Assembly: GCF_006345805.1 (NCBI RefSeq)
Contig: NC_043002.1
Span: forward strand, 92,752,001 to 92,816,000
DNA length: 64,000 nt
Direction: 5' to 3'
Origin: Octopus sinensis
Lineage: Eukaryota
Made by a program: the position numbers and the translations under genes. The notes under the pieces are model-generated. The model saw only the letters and a list, made by a program, of their open reading frames with translations, was not told where the DNA came from and ran no database searches. Positions 20,953 to 33,690 of the stretch are shown here, one piece after another. Numbering within the stretch: position 1 is the stretch's first letter; every line of letters begins with the position of its first letter.

Positions 20953-21600
20953 TCATATTATAATGGGCGTTATGTCCATCTGTCTGTCTGTGCCCTCTTC
21001 GCGGTCAAACGGCTGGACCAATGGTCACGATGTTTTTCGGAATTACGAAGGAGGTAATCAGGAAGGTTTTTAGCGAAAAAAAAATGTGAAAAAGTATAAT
21101 TATTTAGTGGATATTGAGTTTTGTATTAATAAACCACCCTTGATATTTTTTTTTCTCTTGTTAAAATTCCAGCGACGAGAATTAACTCTGGATTCTCCCA
21201 CCCAGTTTGTGAATTTGGAGGGTTCAGGTTTGTGGTACTATCCCTTTATTTTTCCATCGTAGATGGGAAAATTCCTAAAGATTTCGCTCGCGCATTCACT
21301 GCAAACAAGGCACAAGGCCAGACTTTAGATCGTGTAGGTGAATTTTTACCCACCCCGATATTCACACACGGATAAGTTATACGTCGCTATGAGTAGAGCA
21401 ACCGAGCTCCAGTAATTTGAAAATTAGAGTCGACCCAACAGAAAATATCGTCTACAAAGAAGTTTTGTAATCATATTGATATTATCGAAAGGAATATGAT
21501 TCATAATTTAAATAAAGAAATTTGTGAACTTTGAATGTATACGAGTATAAACAAGCATAAAATAGCGTAAACAACTAAAATAAAAGTATATCTAAAAACA
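20953..21600 (+). mobile_element. Helitron remnant carrying the PIF1-type helicase C-terminus (pseudogene)
   Basis: 21292-21470 reads AFTANKAQGQTLDRVGEFLPTPIFTHG*/LYVAMSRAT...ENIVYKEVL*, the typical RepHel helicase end. Possible A|TC 5' end at 20953 followed by a (TCTG) repeat. Confidence 0.8.
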
Positions 21601-21618
21601 TTTTTTAAAGTACTTTTT

Positions 21619-22016
21619 GGATGGAATGGATGGAAGCACTCCGTCGGTTACGACGACGAAGGTTCCGGTTGATCCGAATCAACGGAACAGCCTGCTCGTG
21701 AAATTAACGTGTAAGTGGCTGAGCACTCCACAGACACGTGCACCCTTAACGTAGTTCTCGGAGATATTCAGCGTGACACAGAGAGTGACAAGGCCGGCCC
21801 TTTGAAATACAGGTACAACAGAAACAGGAAGTAAGAGTGAGAGAAAGTTGTGGTGAAAGAGTACAGCAGGGATCACCACCATCCCCTGCCGGAGCCTCGT
21901 GGAACTTTTAGGTGTTTTCGCTCAATAAACACTCACAACGCCCGGTCTGGGAATCGAAACCGCGATCCTACGACCGCGAGTCCGCTGCCTTAACCACTGG
22001 GCCATTGCGCCTCCAC
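21619..22016 (-). mobile_element. SINE family B
   Basis: Full-length reverse copy; TSD ACTTTTT. Confidence 0.9.
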
Positions 22017-22203
22017 ACTTTTTATGTAGTGGTCGAAGGAAGCTCTAACTTTCGTTAGGAGTGGTCCACATAACCATTCATGATACAGAGACTGAGAGTC
22101 TGATTCAGTTCGAGAGTGAATCGTCATGGCATGTCACTCAGTCGCAAACACATGTCATACAACTGCAATAGAATGCTGTATCACCAACAATAATGTGATT
22201 TCT

Positions 22204-22589
22204 TTGTGGAGGCCCAATGGCCCAGTGGTTAGGGCAGCGGACTCGCGGTCGTAGGATCGCGGTTTCGATTCCCAGACCGGGCGTTATGAGTGTTTATTGA
22301 GCGAAAACACCTAAAGCTCCACGAGGCTCCGGCAGGGGATGGTGGTGATCCCTGCTGTACTCTTTCACCACAACTTTCTCTCACTCTTACTTCCTGTTTC
22401 TGTTGTACCTGTATTTCAAAGGGCCGGCCTTGTCACTCTCTGTGTCACGCTGAATATCCCCGAGAACTATGTTAAGGGTACTCGTGTCTGTGGAGTGCTC
22501 AGCCACTTACACGTTAATTTCACGAACAGGCTGTTCCGTTGATTCGGATCAACCGGAACCCTCGTCGTCGTAACCGACGGAGTGCTTCT
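22204..22589 (+). mobile_element. SINE family B flanked by ~130-bp direct repeats
   Basis: Full-length copy; 22068-22203 is repeated at 22590-22719. Confidence 0.9.
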
Positions 22590-22997
22590 ACATAACCATT
22601 CATGATACAGAGAGTCTGATTCAGTTCGAGAGTGAATCGTCATCGCATGTCACTTAGTCGCAAACACATGTCATACAACTCCAATAGAATGCTGTACCAC
22701 CAACAATAATGTGATTTCTCTAAGACATCATCTAGTAATCTATCCAGTCCATTTACACGTTTCTCAATACATACTGCTCATTTTATGCCTCCATCGTAGA
22801 CGGGTAGGTAGATTTGCTAGTGTATGTAATGTATGGATGTATGGATGTATGTGTGTGTATAATATGTATGTGTGTATGTATATTAAATAGGCAGGAAAAC
22901 AGAGAGGTATAAAGATAAACAAAACACATTGAACAAGATGACATAACTTACGGACACAGAAAAACACATAGACACGAAGCATTGACACACACACACA

Positions 22998-23009
22998 CAT
23001 AGATAGATT

Positions 23010-23061
<52 letters not shown>

Positions 23062-23062
23062 G

Positions 23063-23121
<59 letters not shown>

Positions 23122-23159
23122 CCTGACTGACTGACAAACATACAGACATACAGACAAAT

Positions 23160-23207
<48 letters not shown>

Positions 23208-23247
23208 TGATAGATAGACAGACATACATACAGACAGACAGACAGAC

Positions 23248-23310
<63 letters not shown>

Positions 23311-23338
23311 CAGACATACGACAGACAGACAGACAGAC

Positions 23339-23372
<34 letters not shown>

Positions 23373-23430
23373 AGATAGATATAGATAGATTGATAGATAG
23401 ACAGACATACAGACAGACAGACAGACAGAT

Positions 23431-23477
<47 letters not shown>

Positions 23478-23516
23478 TGATAGATAGACATACATACAGA
23501 CAGACAGACGACAGAC

Positions 23517-23560
<44 letters not shown>

Positions 23561-23627
23561 TGATAGATAGACAGACATACAGACAACAGACAGACAGATA
23601 TATAGATAGATATAGATAGATAGATAG

Positions 23628-23660
<33 letters not shown>
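22998..23660. repeat. (GATA)n/(GACA)n compound microsatellite
   Basis: Direct observation. Confidence 0.95.
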
Positions 23661-23662
<2 letters not shown>

Positions 23663-24431
23663 TTTCTTTATTAGCCACACAGGGCTGCACACAGATGGGA
23701 CAAATAACAAGGTAGAGCTTTTCTTTTGGGGGATGAAAGAAAAAAAAAGTGGCGTAGGTTTTCGATCAAAAGAGATCGTAAAAGGGAAAAAAGAAAAAAA
23801 AAGAAAAAAGGAAAAGAAACAAAAGAACAGAAAAAGAAAAAGACAGAACAGGAAAAAAGGGGAAGAGGAAAAAAACGATCAATAGGGATCGTGTATCACA
23901 GTGTCATGATGTACGGTGTAAAGGGGGAAGCAGATAAGGATTATCCGTGGGAAGAAAAGCCTACGAAAAAGACCACGGTAACCTTGGTCAATATTGTTAT
24001 ATGTTACCACATTTGTTTGCAAGTGGGTAACCCTCTGTTTTCAATTTCTGGGTTCATAGGATTATGCTCAAGGTGGCTTCGTCATTCATACGTGCCATCC
24101 TTGTACATTCACCCATCTTTTTTTAAAACATTCGCTAGACAAAACTTGCCTCTCTACTCTCACTTTCCTTTTCAAGTGATACTTGAAGAAGTTGATGAGA
24201 AATTGACCAGAGAGGAAAGTGTTTGTCTCCAATCGTTTCAGACGCATCCACCAGATACATTCTTTCGCCATAGCCACAAGGATGATGAAAATAGCTCTTC
24301 CTTCCCGTTTGACTCAGCTGATAAACCGACTCGTCCCACACGTGACAGCCGTTGTTCGACATAAGCCCACAGGTCGGAAATTGTTGGACACTGCACGAGT
24401 GCGTGCAGAACGGTTTCGTCGCTCTGACCGC
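23661..24431 (-). mobile_element. 3' end of Tx1/L1-like LINE (family 2) with zinc-finger remnant, embedded in (GATA)n
   Basis: Minus strand CGQSDETVLHALVQCPTISDLWAYV, then the same C-terminus and 3' UTR as 19461-20160. (GATA)n abuts both ends. Confidence 0.85.
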
Positions 24432-24516
<85 letters not shown>

Positions 24517-24545
24517 AAGACAGACAGACAGTGAGAGAGATAGAG

Positions 24546-24578
<33 letters not shown>

Positions 24579-25213
24579 TGAGATTGCCAGTGTGACTGGC
24601 ACATTATTAATATATCAATAGATGCTTCACCGATGAAAAGCAGCTATTGGTCGCAATTAGGTCTCTTTGACCGGATACCAGCAGAAGGGTGAAAACCAAA
24701 TGGAGTAGATAGATCAAATGTTACCACCAGTTGACATTGAAATCATTGGAAGTTGGTGATGTTAAACAAGACCGGGAGAGTACTGATACTCTTCCTAATT
24801 TTAGCAGAAGGATAGCAATATTTGAGGTGGGAGAAGGCGATTACATAGACCTCGGGGATTATGAGGTACTTATTTTATCGATTACGAAAGGATGAACAGT
24901 AAAGTCGACTTCGCTAGCATTTGAACTCAGAACGTAAAGAGTCGGAAGAAAAGCTGCTAAGCATTTAATCCAGCGCAGTAACGATTCTGCCTGTTGATCA
25001 GAAAAACAATCGAAGGATTTTTCTGCCTGCCATATTCAGAAAGCTGCTTTATTTTATCAAATTTGCCATAGAGGCAGTACAAAGATGGGAAGCTTTGCGG
25101 GCTGGACAAGACATTGATGAGGCGAATGATAATAATACAGGATGATAAGGATGGGAGAAGACAGAAAGCGCCTGCCGACCCTCTGCTTCTCTATAACATT
25201 GTTCTTTAACAAA

Positions 25214-25214
<1 letters not shown>

Positions 25215-25246
<32 letters not shown>

Positions 25247-27650
25247 CACACATATACACATACACCACATACATACACACTCACAAACAAGTGCACATAT
25301 GCTCATACACACACTTACATACACACACATACCTTCACACACATTCATACAGACAAGGTCAAACAAGCACACATACACACACATACGCATACATACAATA
25401 ATACACACACAAACAAGCATACATACACACACACATACACACATACATACATACATACCTACACATACCTATACACAAGCACACATATACACACACATAC
25501 ACACACAAACAAGCTCATTCAAGTATATAAGACGCTAAATAATGTGGCGAGCTGGCAGAATCGTTAGCACGCCGGGCGAAATGCTTATCGGTATTTCGTC
25601 TGCCGCTACGTTCTGAGTTCAAATTCCGCCGAGGTCGACTTTGCCTTTCATCCTTTCGAGGTCGATTAAATAAGTACCAGTTACGTACTGGGGTCGATAT
25701 AATCGACTTAATCTTTTGTCTGTCATTGTTTGTCCTCTCTGTGTTTAGCCCCTTGTGGGCAGTAAAGAAAGAGATATATAAGACGCTAAATTTTTGGGGT
25801 TTTTTTTCAAATGAATAACCATGCATGTCTGTCTAAGTGTGTGAATGTATATATGTATGTTTATATGTAATTGCGGTATTTTGTGCATGTATGTGTGTGT
25901 GTGTGTGTGTGTGTGTCTTTTATATATTTTTTCTTAGTTTCTTTATTATTATTTTTTTTATATTTTACATCCTTCGTCTCGAATCTGACATTTCTGACAA
26001 TTAATTACTGTAATAAATCATTATATAGTCGCGCACGCGCACTCCCCCTCTTTCTCTATCTCAATCTTTCTCTGTCTCCCCCCACTCCTTCTTTCTTTCT
26101 CTCTTTCTCTCTCCCTTCACCCACTCCTCTTTCTCTCTTTTTCTCATACTCAAACGCTCACAATTTCTCTTCATGCATACATACATACACATACACACAC
26201 GCGCATACATACACTCACACACACATACACACACATGCACTCACACACACACACGCGCACACATACACTCACACACACACATGCACACACATACACTCAC
26301 ACACACACATACACACATACACACGCGCACACATACACTCACACACACATACATACACACGCATACACTCACACCACACACACACACACACATGCACACA
26401 TATACACATACACCACATACATACACACTCACAAACAAGTGCACATATGCTCATACACACACTTACATACACACACATACCTTCACACACATTCATACAG
26501 ACAAGGTCAAACAAGCACACATACACACACATACGCATACATACAATAATACACACACAAACAGCATACATACACACACACATACACACATACATACATA
26601 CCTACACATACCTATACACAAGCACACATATACACACACATACACACACAAACAAGCTCATTCAAGTATATAAGACGCTAAATAATGTGGCGAGCTGGCA
26701 GAATCGTTAGCACGCCGGGCGAAATGCTTATCGGTATTTCGTCTGCCGCTACGTTCTGAGTTCAAATTCCGCCGAGGTCGACTTTGCCTTCATCCTTTCG
26801 AGGTCGATTAAATAAGTACCAGTTACGTACTGGGGTCGATATAATCGACTTAATCTTTTGTCTGTCATTGTTTGTCCTCTCTGTGTTTAGCCCCTTGTGG
26901 GCAGTAAAGAAAGAGATATATAAGACGCTAAATTTTTGGGGTTTTTTTTCAAATGAATAACCATGCATGTCTGTCTAAGTGTGTGAATGTATATATGTAT
27001 GTTTATATGTAATTGCGGTATTTTGTGCATGTATGTGTGTGTGTGTGTGTGTGTCTTTTATATATTTTTTCTTAGTTTCTTTATTATTATTTTTTTTTAT
27101 ATTTTACATCCTTCGTCTCGAATCTGACATTTCTGACAATTAATTACTGTAATAAATCATTATATGTCGCGCACGCGCACTCCCCCTCTTCTCTATCTCA
27201 ATCTTTCTCTGTCTCCCCCCACTCCTTCTTTCTTTCTCTCTTTCTCTCTCCCTTCACCCACTCCTCTTTCTCTCTTTTTCTCATACTCAAACGCTCACAA
27301 TTTCTCTTCATGCATACATACATACACATACACACACGCGCATACATACACTCACACACCATACACACACATGCACTCACACACACACATACACACGCGC
27401 ACACATACACTCACACACACACATGCACACACATACACTCACACACACACATACACACATACACACGCGCACACATACACTCACACACACATACATACAC
27501 ACGCATACACTCACACACACACACACACATACACACACGCGCACACATACACTCACACACACATACACACGCATACACTCACACACACACATACACATAC
27601 ATACACACACGCACGCACATGCACTCACACACACACATACACACACACAC
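25215..27650. repeat. ~1.14-kb tandem duplication, each unit containing a SINE A copy and CA-rich repeats
   Basis: SINE heads at 25546 and 26689 (offset 1143), both with TSD TATATAAGACGCTAAAT. Unique flanks are near-identical. Confidence 0.9.
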
Positions 27651-28062
27651 AACTAAATATGGAACGAAATCAAGTCTGAACGAAGTCTTGTTGACAAACT
27701 AGATTTAGGACGCCGTAAAATACGTATAAGGACATGTTTTTCACTCTCTTCTCCGCGTCTATCTCCTTCCCGCTCTCCTTCCTCTCTTTCTCTCTCTCTT
27801 TCTCTCCTATTGTAATAATAAGCAATAAGTATGAGGATATATCTTACATTGACGCAAGGTCACACATCTGTAGGTCAAAGGTCAGAGTCGACCGCATCAA
27901 CGCCAGTACAGGCCGACAATTTACATTTCGTTTACAAATGAAGAAAATCAGTCGATGCCATTTTGGACACTAACTCGTAGTCTTTACAAGGTATGTCCAG
28001 AAATTAAGGGCAGGTGAATACAGCTAAATATATCGACAATCCTCCTACACTTCTTCTTCTTC

Positions 28063-28122
<60 letters not shown>

Positions 28123-28305
28123 GTTGGACTTTTGCTTTATATTTGTACAAGTTGGCTCCAAGTCTCACCCGGAGACCTCAAGAGACAACAGGTTGGAAGT
28201 TCACGTTGTTGTTATGCCTAGTGTGCCATATATTTGGTTGTTTTTTGTGTTGTACTGGTGGATGTCTAAAAAAAATGTTTGTTTTAAACCTTGAGATTAC
28301 ATAGA

Positions 28306-28359
<54 letters not shown>

Positions 28360-28360
28360 C

Positions 28361-28862
28361 ATTACCTCCGCCTTAGCGAAGGCGGAGGTATTGTTTTCAA
28401 TTGTGCTTGTTTGTCCGTGGACAAATATCTCAAGAACCGCTTGACAATTGCATTTCTAGCTCTGCCTTGAAGGAAGCTTTACTTCTTGGATTCAAGTTTT
28501 TGTGCGCAACGATGTTGTTAAACCTCCATTAACAGCACCGTATGCAGGCCCTTTCCGTTTTCCTTCACGCACGGATATACTTTTCCCTATAGACCTTAAT
28601 GGTTGTAAAGACACTATATCGGTGGATAGACTAAAACGGCCTTCATAAAGAAAACAGTCCCTGTTCCCACTGCAGACGACACACACACAGCATTACAAAC
28701 ACGGCCCGCACACCCACCTTCACATTCCATGACTGTCATTGGGATCGATCAGTTGAGTTTATTTCAGATATTCTCATTTAAAAAAAATCATCTCCGGCTA
28801 ATCGTTAAGAGGACGTTGGTGTTGCCTTGGCGGAGGTTTGCGCTCTCTGAGTGCTCTTGCTT
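28361..28862 (+). mobile_element. Helentron-associated non-autonomous element (HINE/DINE-1-like) containing a Ty3/Gypsy integrase fragment
   Basis: 5' ATTACCTCCGCCTTAGCGAAGGCGGAGGTA, 3' subTIR CCTTGGCGGAGG plus hairpin GCGCTC-TCT-GAGTGC. Internal 28493-28645 reads QVFVRNDVVKPPLTAPYAGPFR..DTISVDRLKRP (GPY/F module). Confidence 0.7.
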
Positions 28863-29437
28863 AACGAGCTGGAAGAATCGTTAGCACACGCCCTGAATCC
28901 AAATTCCGCCGAGGTCGACTTTGCCATTCATTCTTTTCCGGTCAGTAATCGACAATCCGGCTCTCCTCAAATTTTAGGCTATGTGCCAATAGCCTCTAAC
29001 ACAACTACAACTCATACTATTACTATCACTTCATTACCAGCTCAACTGTCAATCTACTACCGCTCTCATCGTTTCTATGCCTACTATTACTCTCACGCCA
29101 GCAAGAGGAGTAGAAGAAGTATCATTGAATAGTGAGAGAGGGGTTCAAAGCGTGACACACGGACACACTGAAATTCGTTTTGGCATTTATTATTACAGAT
29201 GATAGGATGGAAAAACAAAGCCGACCTCAGCAGGATTTGGGCTCAGAACATGGTGACGTAAATACAAACCGCTACGTAATGTTCAGCCACGCTAACGATT
29301 CTAGTATCCCACGACACTTATAGCGTCTGGACCGATGCATTGTTTAAAATGGAGAATACTTTGAAGGCGATGGCAGTGTAAACATGTAAAAGTGAATAAA
29401 ATAATATTGCAAAATTCTGGTTTCTTTTGGGTACTCC

Positions 29438-29501
<64 letters not shown>

Positions 29502-29535
29502 CATACATACATACATACATACATACATACATACA

Positions 29536-29574
<39 letters not shown>

Positions 29575-29583
<9 letters not shown>

Positions 29584-29928
29584 CAAAATGTCTGTGTGTG
29601 TTTCCTTTATACAAACCCACAATTTTTCAGTTAGAGAGCTCGCACTTTCTATGGTCATTCAAAACCGTCCAAGGGTGGTCGTGCATATCTTTACATTTTC
29701 GCAATTACCCCGCATAGCCATTAAAAAATCAATACAGGTGATTTTTTTGTGAATTTTCTATCCAAAACCCAATCAAAATGCCCGAAACTTGATACGCCAA
29801 TTGAATGCCAGCTAGCTGTATGTGATTGCTTGGGGATTTGGACAGTACTCGCGTGTATGTGCGCACGCACGCAGCTGTATATGCATGCACTAGCACTATG
29901 ACCCGGCGTTGCCGGGTCATAGTGCTAG
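29575..29928 (+). mobile_element. Non-autonomous Helitron with a perfect palindromic 3' end
   Basis: 5' end in (TA)n followed by TGTCTGTGTG. 3' end ACTAGCACTATGACCCGGC-GTT-GCCGGGTCATAGTGCTAG|T. Confidence 0.7.
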
Positions 29929-29952
29929 TATATATATATATATATATATATA

Positions 29953-31187
29953 TTAGGTTGTTACACATGAAATGTATTTGAAAGGTGACAATAAAATGTT
30001 TCAGAAGCAATAGAGAACTGATTTATTTAATTTAATCAAAGTATGATCCATGTTCATTTATGACGTTTACCCAACGTTTCGCTAAGTCATATATTCTATC
30101 TTTAAAAAATTTTCCATCTTTTGTTGTGACAAACTGTTCGAATGCTTCAATTACCTCCTCTCTATTTAAAAATGTTTTGTTGCATAAAAAAAGCTCAAAA
30201 TGCTTAAATAAGTGATAATCAGTTGGAGAGATATCAGGGGAATAGGGAGGATGTTGCAAAAGCTCATAATTCAGGCTTTGCAGCATTTGGACCATAGCTC
30301 GAGGAGTGTGAGGACGTGCATTGTCGTAGAAGCAAAATTGGGCCATCCCTATTCACTAGTTTGGGTTGCTACTTTTCGAATTCTCGTGCATACAATCAAT
30401 ATTCCTGGCAATACGAAGCTGCTGTTACTGTTTTCCCTTGTTGCGAAAATGAATAATGAATAATTCCCTTCGCAAACCACCATACAGAGACCATTGACCT
30501 TTTAGGGTGCAATGGTGGTTTGGGGCAGTGTTTAGGTGGCTCTCCTGCATCTAACCACTGCCCTGTTCTCCTGTTGTTGTCAAAAAGCATCCATTTCTCA
30601 TCACGTTCAATGCAAAAGTGGTTCTTTTTCCAATCGAGAAAGCAATAAGGAGCATATTTCGAGGAACCTGCTTTTATTTTTCTCGTTCAATTGATGTGGA
30701 TCAAACTTATCCATTTTCTTGACTTTTTCAATTTTTTTTTCAGGTATCAAGAATCAGTTATGCAAGATGTTTGGAGTTCTGATGAAAGTTTTCAGACCGT
30801 TGTTCTCAGAGTCTGTTCAACCAAAGCTTTTACTCCATCAATCCGAATAACTGATCGCCACCCTCCAATAGTTCATTTACAGGGCTATCATCGACTGAAC
30901 GAAATCTTTGGAACAATCTCTGAAAAGTTCTGATGTCAACAAAACCATTACCGAAAACCCGTTTCATGTTCCATACAGGTTCTGCAGCAGAGTGACCCAG
31001 TTTGTACTCATATAAGAAAACTACTCGACATTGTTTGGTTATCATTTTCATAAGGTCTGTGGGTACGAATTTTGTATACCAATATTGTCTGGAAAGAAAA
31101 AAAATCAAGATTAGACGCAAGAGTATACATAATTGAGCTTTTAAATGACATAACTAATTAAAAATGAGACATTTCATGTGTGAAAAG

Positions 31188-31191
<4 letters not shown>
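29953..31191 (-). mobile_element. Near full-length mariner transposon, transposase pseudogene
   Basis: TIRs TTAGGTTGTTACACATGAAATGT / ACATTTCATGTGTGAAAAGCCAA within TA. Motifs FLYEYKLGHSAAE, DEKWMLFDN, DNARPH, HPPYSPDISPTDYHLF. Frameshifted. Confidence 0.92.
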
Positions 31192-31234
<43 letters not shown>

Positions 31235-31431
31235 TGGCGAAAAAATTTCTCTTGAATTTTTTGGTACCCTGATATTGATATATATATATACACACACACA
31301 CACACATATATATAATGTATGTATGTATGTATGTATGTATGTATGTATGTATGTATGTATGTATGTATGTATGTATCGAGTCAATCTATTGTATTACTCT
31401 GGAGTTCGTATACATGTCCAAAGGAATGTCA

Positions 31432-31940
31432 AGTAAGTTATAAGCCATACTTTGCGTGATGATTCTGTGAACACACAAACTCGAGAGTAACAAGGGACTG
31501 CCTGGACTGAAATAAAAATATTATTAATCTCTACAATGGTATCGAGTACTCTTTCTTCCAACTGTCAGTCTAAACGGCGTGGGGCCCTAGGATATGTAAC
31601 ACACTACCCAAATACCAACCTTGAGAAATTAGACTTCTCAAAACCAGAAAGGAGGAAGCTAATTCGAAGACTACAGATCCAGTCCATCACTGGAACTGTA
31701 AAAATCTGTAAAACTTTCCAGAAGTTTATCATTTAAATATATATGAGTATGTCTAGATATGCAACTATATGCATGAGAATGCATACATAAAACATACAAA
31801 TCTGCACATACATTCATTCATACATACAAACAAAAATACCCTATTGTTGATGTTGAAATTCCATTTAAGGAGCCTTGGATCTAGGCTAGAAACCGGTTCT
31901 TTCTCTGTTGGCAAGAAATCTTGAAATAAACTGAATAAGG
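31432..31940 (+). mobile_element. 3' end of RLE-type (R4/Dong-like) non-LTR retrotransposon with (CATA)n tail
   Basis: GALGYVTHYPNTNLEKLDF...LQIQSITGTVKICKTFQKFII*. Related copies at 33470-33690 (-) and 63722-64000 (+). Confidence 0.65.
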
Positions 31941-32456
31941 ACATACATACATACATACATACATACATACATACATACATACATACATACATACATACAT
32001 ACATACATACATGCGTATGTATATACACATGCCATAATAGTACGCTACCTATTGTTTGAAGTAAATTGATACATAGTGTATATTTTTTTTAATAAACAAG
32101 CAATGTTAACTTCACTAAGAAAAGTATACAGTAATTACCCAACTGGAGTTATTCTTTCCTTGAACAGAAAAAAAACAAAGGATCAACCTAGCTGGTTACT
32201 AGTCTTCTAACATCTTCATTGGAGAAAGAATATTTTTCTGTCCACAGAAATATTAGTTATTTGTACATATTCACAGCGTTTACAAATATAGGCAGCTAAA
32301 CCGGTTTGTCTAATTTTCATAACGGTAGATGCACTCACAATGTGAATTCATTTAGTAATTTGTACTGCATACGACATCTTTTTGATAATTTACATGTAAA
32401 GAACCTTTGATTCAGCTTCATGGCAAAATCTATACAAGTGGTTATATAAAGATACA

Positions 32457-32815
32457 ATTTCTCTATTTCCCACTAGGGGCTAAGCATAGAATTGGACAAA
32501 ACAACTGATGGGATCGGTGAAACGGTATGAGTTTACATATAATATAGTTCTAAAATTTAATACAATATATAAAAATCGAATGAAACAGATAATACAAAAG
32601 ACAATACAAAATGAAGCGATGATCAGGTCACGCTCTGACCCCACAAGGCCCGATCTACCGCTGGTACCTTTTTATATTTTCTTTTTGACCAGTCTATTCA
32701 CACGGTTCCTTGCACGCCCAACACTCGTGCAACATGCTACCATCTCTTTTGGAACGTACACTCCGACAGACACTTCTTCTCCAGCCACAGCTTCCTTTTT
32801 AAAAGCGGAGAGGTA
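32457..32815 (-). mobile_element. 3' end of Tx1/L1-like LINE, same family as 9352-12211
   Basis: Minus strand AGCATGTTGCACGAGTGTTGGGCGTGCAAGGAACCGTGTGAATAG matches 11971-12015. Tail TTGTCCAATTCTATGCTTAGCCCCTAGTGGGAAATAGAGAAATT. Confidence 0.75.
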
Positions 32816-33267
32816 AAAGCGGTGGTGGTGGTGGTCTGACATTTTGTTTGTTTTACACTACGAGGAAAAAATTGTATGTTTATTAAAAATTGTATATCTT
32901 ACATTTCAAATTGAGGTGTGTAAATATGTGCATGTAATGCTATCGTCGCAGATATGGCACCTCCAAATTATAGGCTAATTATTAAAATAATTCACTAATG
33001 GCAGAATGCCGTTAAATCTTCTGGCATGTAACCAAATGTTAACCAGTATTTCCTATTATCCTCCATCTGCTTCTTATCATACTCCCGTACATTCATTATC
33101 CTTTTATTTTACTTTATTTTATTATATTATTATTTCAGTGACTATAATACTGTTTCTAGCAATCGTCATCTGCTACTCTTTCAATGTTGAATATTTCTGC
33201 CGCCTATTTTCAGCGCAATGTAATTTGATAACAGCTTATTCTATATTATCGGCATTATTTTATCTTA

Positions 33268-33457
33268 AAGGCGGCGAGCTGGCAGAATCGTTAGCACGCC
33301 GGGCGAAATGCTTAGCGGTATTTCGTCTGCCGTTACGTTCTGAGTTCAAATTCCGCCGAGGTCGACTTTGCCTTTCATCCTTTCAGGGTCGATTAAATAA
33401 GTACCAGTTACGCACTGGGATCGATATAATCGACTTAATCCGTTTGTCTGTCATTGT
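33268..33457 (+). mobile_element. SINE family A (3'-truncated)
   Basis: Consensus-like head and core. Confidence 0.85.
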
Positions 33458-33469
33458 TCAAACCGGTCG

Positions 33470-33690
33470 CTAAAAAAAGCGAGCCTAATTTCTTAAGGTT
33501 GGTATTTGGGTAGTGTGTTACATATCCCAGGGCCCAACGCCGTTTAGACTGACAGTTGGAAGAAAGAGTACTCGATACCACTGTAGAGATTAATAATATT
33601 TTTATTTCCGTCCTGGCAGTCCCTTGTTACTTTGGAGTTTGTGTGTTCACAGAATCATCACGCAAAGTATGGCTTATAATTTACCTGACA
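33470..33690 (-). mobile_element. R4/Dong-like LINE fragment
   Basis: Reverse complement of ~31432-31650. Confidence 0.7.

Noticed and set aside
22204-22280. tRNA-Arg gene
   Set aside because: It is the head of a multi-copy SINE with no proper acceptor stem.
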